From assembly GCA_040754655.1 (NCBI GenBank), contig JBFMCE010000111.1, positions 1 to 10,437 of the forward strand: a stretch of DNA of 10,437 nt, in the 5' to 3' direction. The first letter of the stretch is position 1. Every line of letters begins with the position of its first letter. The stretch comes from Bdellovibrionota bacterium (GTDB taxonomy: Bacteria; Bdellovibrionota; UBA1018; UBA923). Of the stretch, positions 1 to 7,213 are shown piece by piece. The notes under the pieces were generated by a model. That model was not told the DNA's origin. It searched no databases and saw nothing but the letters and a program-made list of their open reading frames with translations. The position numbers and the translations under genes were made by a program.

Positions 1-120
1 GCCAGAACTGAAGAAGAGTTGGAGAAGGCGCTAGTGGAAGCGATTAAACTCATCACCCCAAGTGATTGTTTGGGGTGGTTCGGGCACTGCGGCTATCAGG
101 TCGCATCCAATTGCAATTAG
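1..120 (+). CDS. IS630-family transposase, C-terminal end (partial, runs off window)
   Basis: Frame 1 reads ARTEEELEKALVEAIKLITPSDCLGWFGHCGYQVASNCN*, matching the typical IS630 transposase tail (ART..L..A...A...IT..D..GWF.HCGY). Not in ORF track. Confidence 0.85.
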   Translation, partial: ARTEEELEKALVEAIKLITPSDCLGWFGHCGYQVASNCN

Positions 121-125
121 CTGTA
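1..125 (+). mobile_element. Right end of IS630-family insertion sequence, ending at TA target (124-125)
   Basis: Transposase stop at 118-120 is followed immediately by CTGTA. IS630 elements duplicate TA. Exact end is inferred because the left end is outside the window. Confidence 0.65.
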
Positions 126-547
126 GTCTTCATCCAAGCAACCAACTCCTTATCAATTTCGCGTCCCCAGTGAACACCTCGGTCAAACAACATCTGTTCA
201 GAGACGCGGTGTGACCCGAAGAAATCTGAAAGCGTCTCGATAACGAGGTTGATGTCAAAGGTGCGGCAAGAGAAAACATCTATGAACGCCTCGCCTAAAC
301 AAGGGTAGGTGTGGATTGCCGCGTGGGATTCATATAGAATAATGACCGATGAACAGCCAGCCTTCTCAACTGGCCCTTCTTCTTGTCCCACCACAGGACC
401 CACCAAAATTCGCATTCCGATTCGTTGAACGACGGCGATAAGGAATTGAGCGACCATCTGCGGATCGGCCAAGGCCTTGATATTCTGGACTTCGGATATC
501 CTCAGTACCAGATGTAATCCGTATACCTGCGAACCGTGATGATCCAT
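53..547 (-). CDS. S-adenosylmethionine decarboxylase proenzyme (SpeD/SpeH-like), 3' end replaced by IS630 sequence
   Basis: G-L-H-L N-terminal strand, self-cleavage motif ILYE|SHAAIHTYP and FIDVFSC. Start re-called at ATG 547 (SD GAGGT 8 nt upstream). Codons below ~124 lie inside the IS. Confidence 0.8.
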   Translation of the reverse strand: MDHHGSQVYGLHLVLRISEVQNIKALADPQMVAQFLIAVVQRIGMRILVGPVVGQEEGPVEKAGCSSVIILYESHAAIHTYPCLGEAFIDVFSCRTFDINLVIETLSDFFGSHRVSEQMLFDRGVHWGREIDKELVAWMKTTANCNWMRPDSRSARTTPNNHLG

Positions 548-563
548 CGAGACTACCTCATTA

Positions 564-608
564 GTAGTAGCACTACTACCACCTTTTATGATAGTAGCAC
601 TACTACCA
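564..608. promoter_or_regulatory. Two palindromic operator-like boxes TAGTAG-CA-CTACTA
   Basis: 17-bp direct repeat TAGTAGCACTACTACCA at 565-581 and 592-608 (27-bp period). Each has dyad symmetry. One fills the -35/-10 spacer, the other lies at or just after the predicted transcription start. Confidence 0.7.
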
Positions 609-616
609 AATGTCAA
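588..616 (-). promoter_or_regulatory. Sigma70-type promoter for the SpeD-like gene
   Basis: Minus strand TTGACA (616-611), 17 nt, TATCAT (593-588), ending about 40 nt upstream of ATG 547. Confidence 0.75.
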
Positions 617-625
617 TAGCCAAAA

Positions 626-946
626 GTGAAAATTTTTGGGAAGTCTCTGGGATTCAGTTATGGTCAGAAAAGCGGGGTCGAAGACGCACTAGAGAAGGTT
701 GTGCGAGCATCGAGCGCAGTCGAGTGCCTCAACTCGATACTTCGGCCATACGCGGCGGTCAAGAAGCAACTGAGTCAGAAGTTTTTGGCGCTGATAGCCC
801 TCTACTGGGACATGCACCCGCTGCCGAAAAGAAGTGGAAGAACACCGTTTCAAGAGAAGGGAGTGAGTTTGGGAACGGAGGACTGGGTAGAGGCGCTGGA
901 GTTGGAGATGTCGCGGATGCGCCTGGTTGAGTCACATACGGCATAA
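626..946 (+). pseudogene. C-terminal remnant of a DDE-type transposase-like protein
   Basis: RASSAVECLNSILRPY resembles the helix bearing the final catalytic Glu of DDE transposases, followed by LIALYW...KRSGRTPF...G..L..EDW. No SD and no N-terminal catalytic portion. Degenerate inverted repeats at 655-682 and 1039-1065. Confidence 0.5.
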
Positions 947-1104
947 GAGTTGAAGAGAAATGAGCGGCTGATGATTACAGATGCTGACAGCGGATCGGCG
1001 TCGGGGTGGGGCTGTGATCAGTTGAATTGTGAAGATATTTCGACCCACTTTTTCGACGCAAACAGGACTATGCATGTGGCTTCAGAAACATTTAACTCGA
1101 TTTC

Positions 1105-1135
1105 TTGACACTTATGAGGATCGGATGTATATATT
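1105..1135 (+). promoter_or_regulatory. Probable sigma70 promoter for TIR/SEFIR gene
   Basis: TTGACA at 1105-1110, then TATATA at 17-nt spacing (1128-1133) or TATATT at 19 nt (1130-1135). Confidence 0.5.
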
Positions 1136-1221
1136 CCGCATAATCTTTTACCGATTTTGGTAATAACGAGGGCCGGGGGCCTTAAGACCCACCGGCTCGC
1201 TATCTAGCTTTGAGAGGCCCC

Positions 1222-3198
1222 ATGAAGTTGAAAGGACTTGCCCTTACGCTTCCTATCTGTGATCTTCGCCCCTGTCTCGACCCCGAATCACGCCTGAAAT
1301 CATTATCACCAGATGTTGCTACGCTGGGTGAAACTCACATCATTGGATTTGGAGCTGCAAAGAGACGAAAGCTCAATATCCCTTGGCGAGAGCGAGACAC
1401 GGTCTTCTTCAAATGTCACGGCGCAATTTCTCTTCCAGAGTACATGCCAGACGGCGAGTCTGTAGATCGAGCCGTTCGGCGGCTCTACTTAGACGAGCTT
1501 GCCTTGGTTCGATTTGAGTTTATGATTTTTGGTCCCCCCAAACATCATTTTGTTGAATACCGGCGTCGCGCAGATGAATTCGCGCGAGATTTTTGGGAAA
1601 GCAGGCTGAGGATAACCGAACGACGCTGCAAAACTGAGGAGACCTTCGCAACGGCGATCCCCAAGTTAGTCAACAAATTTGTTGCGATGACAACACCAGA
1701 GTTTAAGACTAGACCCATTCGATCCGATTTAGTTAAAGCCCTTGAACCACTGATTCAAGTTATTGCTGAAATTTCGGCTAAGGAACGTGAAGCCCTGAAC
1801 CCGGAACATTCATATGATGAAAGCAAGATTTGTTTAGCCTTCCGCTCCCTCAAAATGAAAGGTAGAGCTACATCTGTTGACACAGTATATATCACTTTTC
1901 CACCAGGATCATTCAATCGCCCTGGGAAGCCTGAATATGAACCGTTGGATCAAATAAGGGCTCACATGGCGTGGCTCCATGCAGATTTAGAAATTTTAAC
2001 GCACATACTAAGAAAGTGCGTTCGTAATGAGATTGATCCTACCGTAGTTTCAGCTTACTTGAAAAGACTCGCCGATGGCCTTCGGGACGCCCCAAGACTT
2101 GGTCAACCAGAGCGAGAGATTCTAATCGAACTCGTTAGGGACATGGATAAGTTTCACCACAACCGCGTCTCCCTGCTCCTTGCGGGTCTAAGAGAGTCTG
2201 CGTTACCAACTCGGCTTAAAAACGAAGTTGATGATATGCTTCGCCGCTATCTATTGGGCGGCTCGCCACCAAAGGTAGAGTTGAAAAGGAGATATGAGGA
2301 TATGACAACTGACGATTCAATTGAGCCATCTCCAAGAGTATTGATATCCTATGCTTGGGAAGATGCCGCTCATAAGCAGTGGGTAAAGGACCTTGGGACG
2401 AAGCTACGAACTGAAGGTGTAGATATCATTCTTGACGAATGGAGTACCGCCCTCGGAGATCGATTGCCACACTTTATGGAGCAAGCTGTTCATGGCAGCG
2501 ATTTTGTCGTCTATATCTGCACTCCCGAATACAAACGTAAATCAGACGGTCGCATTAGAGGCGTTGGTTATGAAGGGAATATAATCACTGCGGAGCTCTA
2601 CGCAACAAGTAATGAACGTAAATTTATACCTGTCTTAAGGAAGGGTACTTGGGATGATGCAACCCCAACTTGGGCAGGTGGTAAGCGAGGTGTTGATCTC
2701 ACAGGCGATCCCTATTCTGAAGACCAGTATGAAGATCTGCTTCAGTGCCTTCATAGCTTAACAGAAGGACCGCCAGCGCTCGGCCCCAAACCGAGCAAAG
2801 ACAGGTTTAAAGCTAAGGCTACGAAAAAGGATGCGGACACCGATACAGGATCTGGGACTGTAAAAGTAGGTGCCGCTCGACCTGTTACAGATGAAGACTT
2901 AAGAGATATGAAGCTTGAATTACAACATATCGATGCTCTCAATATAGGTAAAGCAGACAGTGATATTGGCGTAGTAAGGGGGAAGCTTCAAAAAATATAT
3001 GTACTGGAAAATATGGTACGACGATTACAAGCTGAGGGGCGACCTGCTAAGGCTTGGCACTTACAGCGATGGATTTACAAAATAGAGAGAGAAGGGCGCG
3101 TATCAACAGATTTTCAACGACGGATAGATGAAATTAATGACATTGAGGCTGAGAGATCTGCACTTAGGGAAGATGAACGGCGAAAAGAGAGAAAATAA
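1222..3198 (+). CDS. TIR/SEFIR-domain protein with unknown ~360-aa N-terminal domain and charged helical C-terminus (putative defence protein)
   Basis: Region ~2335-2790 reads RVLISYAWED..HKQWV..L...LR.EGVD.ILDEW....GD....FMEQ.V...DFV..ICTP.YK.K......GVGYE...I..ELY.....KFIPVLR, typical of bacterial SEFIR/TIR_2. Start set at ATG 1222 after GAGAGG. Confidence 0.8.
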   Translation: MKLKGLALTLPICDLRPCLDPESRLKSLSPDVATLGETHIIGFGAAKRRKLNIPWRERDTVFFKCHGAISLPEYMPDGESVDRAVRRLYLDELALVRFEFMIFGPPKHHFVEYRRRADEFARDFWESRLRITERRCKTEETFATAIPKLVNKFVAMTTPEFKTRPIRSDLVKALEPLIQVIAEISAKEREALNPEHSYDESKICLAFRSLKMKGRATSVDTVYITFPPGSFNRPGKPEYEPLDQIRAHMAWLHADLEILTHILRKCVRNEIDPTVVSAYLKRLADGLRDAPRLGQPEREILIELVRDMDKFHHNRVSLLLAGLRESALPTRLKNEVDDMLRRYLLGGSPPKVELKRRYEDMTTDDSIEPSPRVLISYAWEDAAHKQWVKDLGTKLRTEGVDIILDEWSTALGDRLPHFMEQAVHGSDFVVYICTPEYKRKSDGRIRGVGYEGNIITAELYATSNERKFIPVLRKGTWDDATPTWAGGKRGVDLTGDPYSEDQYEDLLQCLHSLTEGPPALGPKPSKDRFKAKATKKDADTDTGSGTVKVGAARPVTDEDLRDMKLELQHIDALNIGKADSDIGVVRGKLQKIYVLENMVRRLQAEGRPAKAWHLQRWIYKIEREGRVSTDFQRRIDEINDIEAERSALREDERRKERK

Positions 3199-3367
3199 AA
3201 CACTGTGATCTATACGGCTATTGTTTCGACCACCAGAGACCAGAAAGCCAGGAGTCACTTTATGAAGCTCCCCCGTTTCTAATCCGCTTACCATTAACCA
3301 CCGCATCTTGTGTTCACCGACGCGCCGCGACCGGAGACGAACACAACGATTTGCGGCCACCGCTTCT

Positions 3368-3538
3368 ATGTTCAAATGCTCGCGCTGCCACGCCACGAAC
3401 CTGGCAAGCCAGATCGAGAAGGAACACGGCGACTTCATCGTGCGCTGCCTTGAATGTGGCGCTGAAAACGTCATCGCTCCGATCCTCAACAACAAAGCAC
3501 CTCTGCCGACATTAGGAATAGTTGGCTGGCGCGATTAG
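3368..3538 (+). CDS. Small zinc-ribbon protein (56 aa)
   Basis: MFKCSRC...VRCLECG gives two CxxC pairs with zinc-ribbon spacing. ATG at 3368, no clear SD. Confidence 0.55.
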   Translation: MFKCSRCHATNLASQIEKEHGDFIVRCLECGAENVIAPILNNKAPLPTLGIVGWRD

Positions 3539-3691
3539 AGCGTTTTACGCTGGTGATCATCAAACTGCTGCAGCCGATCAAGACCGATTTTTCTTTCAAC
3601 TGGCTTATGCGCCCAAAAAAATCACACACATTTGCCCCAAGACCAATTTTTAGAAATAGGGTAATAGGAGGCACTCCCTGTTTTAACGATT

Positions 3692-5074
3692 TCACCGGCA
3701 CGGAAGCCTTAGTTTATCCCCCTGCGCAGTGTGTTTTCCTGTGGTGCAAGCGCACGACGGGTTGGCTTCGTAGACGGTTGACTTTACCTCACCAGTAACC
3801 GGGTGGTACGTTAGCTGAGGGTGATATGACCTACCCATATAATTGGTCACCAAATTGACGAACTCTGCGACCGCGAGCCCGGCGACCACCGTATTTAGGA
3901 ATATGACTGAAGGCGCTGATATATCAGCGCCAGTGACATACCCCTCTTGAGCTAACTTGCCTCGCTCTTCACGTGGGAGACTTTCTTCAGCTATCCTCTT
4001 CCCATCAAGGACACCGTAGCACCAGAGACATGCCTGCTTTGGTAGGATGAGATATACTCTTCCGTTTGCAGCCGTAATGTGACCATTCCGACTGTCTATT
4101 CTGTTGCCCATATCAATTACCGGAGTCAGGTATTGATAGACGAACTGATTCAGAATCGCCCGCGACCATTGATTATCAGTGCAGCAAAAAATGACATCAG
4201 CCTGACGTAACTCTAAGGCGATTGCTTCGCTGATGATGTTACCCTTTATCGTGCTGACTTCCGTTCCAAATCCCACGGAGTTTGCCAAACGCTCAACTAT
4301 TTCTACTTTGGCTCTACGGGATGTGATATCTTCCAGTGTTGAGTTGTATATCCGTGAGGTATTACTTGCCTCAACGTGATCATCATCCACTACAATGAGC
4401 CGCTGAACTCCTAGCCGGATGAGTTGATCAATAACGACTGAGCCAGTTCCTCCAGCACCGACGACTGCTACAACAGTCTCAGCAATTCGCTTTTGGCCGT
4501 CAGCGCCGAAGGCCTGCACCTGCCGGTCGTGAGTTTCCTGATGATATAAAGCGTGTTGGGCTTGCCGCCCATTGGCAGGGATCTTACTGATTGTCGATCC
4601 GATCAATGTTATGTGTGCGAGTTGGTGCATTACTGCATCAGGCAGCCAAACACGACCACATACGACACGCTGCCCAAATACTAAACTTGCGTGAGGTCCT
4701 TCAGGCACTCGCTGATAGAAATTATTGAAGCTCTCTATATCTCCCTGATCATCTACCCAGGAGAAGTCAACCTCATCTCGGCAAAACGGATGACTATGCG
4801 TGAGCACAATGCTCTGATTATTCAGCCTTGCTCGCTTCATCACACGAGCTACGGTCTCAGGTGAAATCTGCAGCCGATCACTCCTCTGGGTGATGAAATC
4901 CTCCGCGCGAAGCTTGATGATTTCTTGGACAAGCAGCTTGACCTTACGCGGATGAACACTGCGGCCACAGAGCAAATATGCAGCGTACTCTGTTCGGGGA
5001 TCACCGAGGAGGTGATCTTGCAGTTCGTAAAGGTGCGACTCTTGAATTACGACTTCGTATACCGGTTCGCTCAT
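3692..5074 (-). CDS. JAB/JAMM peptidase - ThiF/E1 adenylyltransferase fusion
   Basis: N-terminal JAMM motif E29...H93-S-H95...S105-x2-D108. C-terminal ThiF motifs HDRQ, GAGGTG (206-211), DDDHVEASNTSR, K256, CCTD, and Zn ligands C349xxC352 and C441xC443. Start overlaps the upstream stop (ATGA, 5071-5074). Confidence 0.92.
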   Translation of the reverse strand: MSEPVYEVVIQESHLYELQDHLLGDPRTEYAAYLLCGRSVHPRKVKLLVQEIIKLRAEDFITQRSDRLQISPETVARVMKRARLNNQSIVLTHSHPFCRDEVDFSWVDDQGDIESFNNFYQRVPEGPHASLVFGQRVVCGRVWLPDAVMHQLAHITLIGSTISKIPANGRQAQHALYHQETHDRQVQAFGADGQKRIAETVVAVVGAGGTGSVVIDQLIRLGVQRLIVVDDDHVEASNTSRIYNSTLEDITSRRAKVEIVERLANSVGFGTEVSTIKGNIISEAIALELRQADVIFCCTDNQWSRAILNQFVYQYLTPVIDMGNRIDSRNGHITAANGRVYLILPKQACLWCYGVLDGKRIAEESLPREERGKLAQEGYVTGADISAPSVIFLNTVVAGLAVAEFVNLVTNYMGRSYHPQLTYHPVTGEVKSTVYEANPSCACTTGKHTAQGDKLRLPCR

Positions 5075-5445
5075 TGCTTTTGCTCCAACCTGCTATCAAT
5101 GAATTTGAGGTAACTTATGAGACCATCACTCGAAGGATTCCACCTGTGCGGATGCCAAGAGAAGCGCAGCCAAGCCTGCCCAAGATTTTGCTCGATGGAG
5201 GTGTTGGCCGGCATTGCTCCATTGGCCAGCAATAGTTGAGGGTGCATCCAAAACATATCCATACCCCCAAGGGGGTAGTTTGGCGGCACTTTGATCAACA
5301 GAGGGCTGCTTTTCTGATTAAAGCCATTTGGCAAAGAATATTGCTCGATCACTACAAAGTCCCATCCACCCTCTTGTGGGTGGAGCTGAAGCGTGAATCC
5401 TTCACGCCTCAGCTCTTCGATCTCATCAGCTAGTTGGTTGTTCAT
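5071..5445 (-). CDS. Prokaryotic E2/UBC-like protein (Prok-E2_E type), no cysteine
   Basis: Y.LP.G......LLI..P.NYP....DMFW..P.L and W.RFSWH...WNP..D motifs. Lies between the Ubl and E1 genes. Confidence 0.85.
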   Translation of the reverse strand: MNNQLADEIEELRREGFTLQLHPQEGGWDFVVIEQYSLPNGFNQKSSPLLIKVPPNYPLGGMDMFWMHPQLLLANGAMPANTSIEQNLGQAWLRFSWHPHRWNPSSDGLISYLKFIDSRLEQKQ

Positions 5446-5450
5446 TACCC

Positions 5451-5714
5451 CTACCCCAAATTGCCGGGAACAACGCCATAAAAACGCATCCCGTTTTTCA
5501 ATTTGACTTCTTCATTGTCGCGGATTCCCTTATCTGGCTCTGGACCAGGAACCTCCAGGAAGAGTTGATAGTCAGCAGGTATGCCGCCCAAGTGCTTGAT
5601 CTCGGCTCCTGTCATTACTGGCTTGGGGGCAACGAACTTTTTTCCGTTAATGAAAATGTTGATGTGGAGAGGCGCTACTTTGCCCTCCTCTTTAGGTTTA
5701 TGCATTTCTTCCAT
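5451..5714 (-). CDS. Ubiquitin-like protein (single multiubiquitin-type beta-grasp domain) ending in Gly
   Basis: IFINGK......MTGAEI..L.GI...YQLF........D..I...E.V.L.NG.RF pattern and C-terminus PGNLG*. Start re-called at ATG 5714 (AGGAGG 7 nt upstream). Confidence 0.85.
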   Translation of the reverse strand: MEEMHKPKEEGKVAPLHINIFINGKKFVAPKPVMTGAEIKHLGGIPADYQLFLEVPGPEPDKGIRDNEEVKLKNGMRFYGVVPGNLG

Positions 5715-5998
5715 CGTGAAACCTCCTGAATCTGTAACTGACAACCATCGGGGTTACTGGTCGTCTTGAATGAACCTTTTCATCGGTTCACCTATGATTC
5801 GCTTGAGCAGGTCTGTTTTTGCCATTAGTAATTTCGACCTGCTCCTTAGATATTTTTTGTCTGAGTGGCAAATTTCGCTTTGCTCAATCGAAATAGAAGT
5901 AGGCTAGAATGCTGCAGAGATAGCCTCGCGAACCGAATGAACAAAGAAAGCAGACTTTGGAGGTTTGTGCTTATGAAATATTGAGGAGGTTTCCTTCT

Positions 5999-6676
5999 GT
6001 GGACGACAAAAATTATGAAGGCGCTATTCAGTGGGAACGAGTTATTAAAAGATTGATGAGGTACGCACACTACTATGCCTGTAAAAAAGCAGGGTTTAAG
6101 GTGAACGAAACCAATGCTGAAGATATTATTTCTATTGGCATCAGCCCGTCAGACTTGATGTCCTCAGTCATTACTGATTTTATCGACGGCAAAATCCCAC
6201 CAAACCCGACAAAGCTGCTGACCGAGAACTACTTGGTGAATTTACTACGGAAGGCATACAGAGAAGAGTTGATGAGCTTTTTTAGATCGCCTCGTGTAAA
6301 AACAACCAAGTATATGGATGAGATTGAACGCTATTCTAAAGATGGTGAGAAAATAGAAGAACCCTTTTTGAGTACCTACAAGGTTGAAAAGATACGTGGC
6401 GTGGATCAGCACCAAATCATAGGCGACCCTGTGCCGCAGCCGGACGAGGATCTAGACTATGAAGCCGAACTAAGAGTACTCTACCAGATATCAGATGGTG
6501 ATCCGGAGGTCCAGGAGATGATCAAAGCCATTTGTGAACACGATTTGGAAACTCCGCGCGAAATAGCCACGTTTCTCAAAACGACCGCACAAGATATATA
6601 CAACAGAAAGAAGAGAATGAGAAGAATGTACGAAGACCTAAGACAATCGTACCGAGAGAGAAAAAAGGCTGTCTAG
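5999..6676 (+). CDS. Divergent sigma70/ECF-like sigma factor or HTH regulator
   Basis: Region-2-like helices (WERVIKRLMRYA...SPSDLMSSVITDFIDGK...LVNLLRKAYREEL) and a region-4-like HTH (TPREIATFLKTTAQDIYNRKKRMRR). Start re-called at in-frame GTG 5999 (GAGGAGGT 8 nt upstream); the track starts at TTG 5957. Confidence 0.65.
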   Translation: MDDKNYEGAIQWERVIKRLMRYAHYYACKKAGFKVNETNAEDIISIGISPSDLMSSVITDFIDGKIPPNPTKLLTENYLVNLLRKAYREELMSFFRSPRVKTTKYMDEIERYSKDGEKIEEPFLSTYKVEKIRGVDQHQIIGDPVPQPDEDLDYEAELRVLYQISDGDPEVQEMIKAICEHDLETPREIATFLKTTAQDIYNRKKRMRRMYEDLRQSYRERKKAV

Positions 6677-6704
6677 TAAAGTCAAAGCCCTACAAAGGAG
6701 ATTT

Positions 6705-7193
6705 ATGACGACTGAAAAAAGACAAAAGGATCAACTGACAGTGAAGAACCCGAAAAAGGCTTGGCGCGTCATAGAGGATTTAATGCTTGATGATGAAGAA
6801 ATGACCATCGATGAGTTGGACACCGAACTAAGAGCATCCGGTATTGACCCTGATGAATGTGTGAATAAGGTTTTCCAGGCCGCAGAAAGAATCGCGAGGG
6901 ATCCTGAGCGGTCGGGTCGCGTGTCCCCACACGTGTCCGATATTCTAAGCCAACTATCGCAACGCCACCGCTCAGAAGCAAAGTCTGCGGCCAGCGATGA
7001 GCAACCTGAGAAAGACAAAAATACCCGCTCGACCTCTGCAGGAGGAGCGCAACAGGCGCAAGCTGCAGTCAGCAGTTTCTACCGTAATTACGAAAAAACG
7101 TCTAACAAGGACCGACAGCTTTTGGAGAAGAATGAAAAGCGTCTACAGAAGAAAGCTAAGAAACTCGCACGGAAAACGCGAACGTCGAAATAA
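6705..7193 (+). CDS. Hypothetical protein, putative anti-sigma / peptidase substrate
   Basis: Strong SD (AAGGAG). Acidic helical N-terminus (IDELDTELRASGIDPD), low-complexity linker, FYRN motif and basic tail. Function inferred only from its position between the sigma-like and peptidase genes. Confidence 0.55.
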   Translation: MTTEKRQKDQLTVKNPKKAWRVIEDLMLDDEEMTIDELDTELRASGIDPDECVNKVFQAAERIARDPERSGRVSPHVSDILSQLSQRHRSEAKSAASDEQPEKDKNTRSTSAGGAQQAQAAVSSFYRNYEKTSNKDRQLLEKNEKRLQKKAKKLARKTRTSK

Positions 7194-7213
7194 TTAATGA
7201 TGGAGTTTGTAAG

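Noticed and set aside
548..616. N-terminal 23-aa extension of the SpeD-like ORF (repeat GSSAT..GSSAT)
   Set aside because: The TTG start is the -35 box and the repeat is the operator DNA. A good SD supports ATG 547.
610..944. Alternative-frame ORFs 610..930 (+) and 759..944 (-)
   Set aside because: They overlap the transposase-like frame and show no motifs or SD.
1167..1199. GC-rich imperfect hairpin upstream of the TIR gene as riboswitch or terminator
   Set aside because: Imperfect stem, no T tract and no recognisable family; at most a 5'-UTR structure.
2751..3798. ORFs 2751..2942 (-), 3103..3495 (-), 3486..3701 (-), 3553..3798 (+)
   Set aside because: Antisense or overlapping shadows of better-supported genes, with no recognisable motifs.
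3692..5714. Interpretation as thiamine/molybdopterin sulfur-transfer (ThiS/MoaD-ThiF/MoeB) or CBASS Cap2/Cap3 genes
   Set aside because: An E2-like gene is present, while no cofactor-biosynthesis genes, rhodanese or CD-NTase are seen. The domain order (JAB-E1 with separate E2 and Ubl) differs from Cap2.
4925..6070. ORFs 4925..5113, 4978..5235, 5236..5433, 5581..5769 (+) and 5846..6070 (-)
   Set aside because: Antisense to the Ubl/E2/E1 or sigma-like genes; shadow ORFs.
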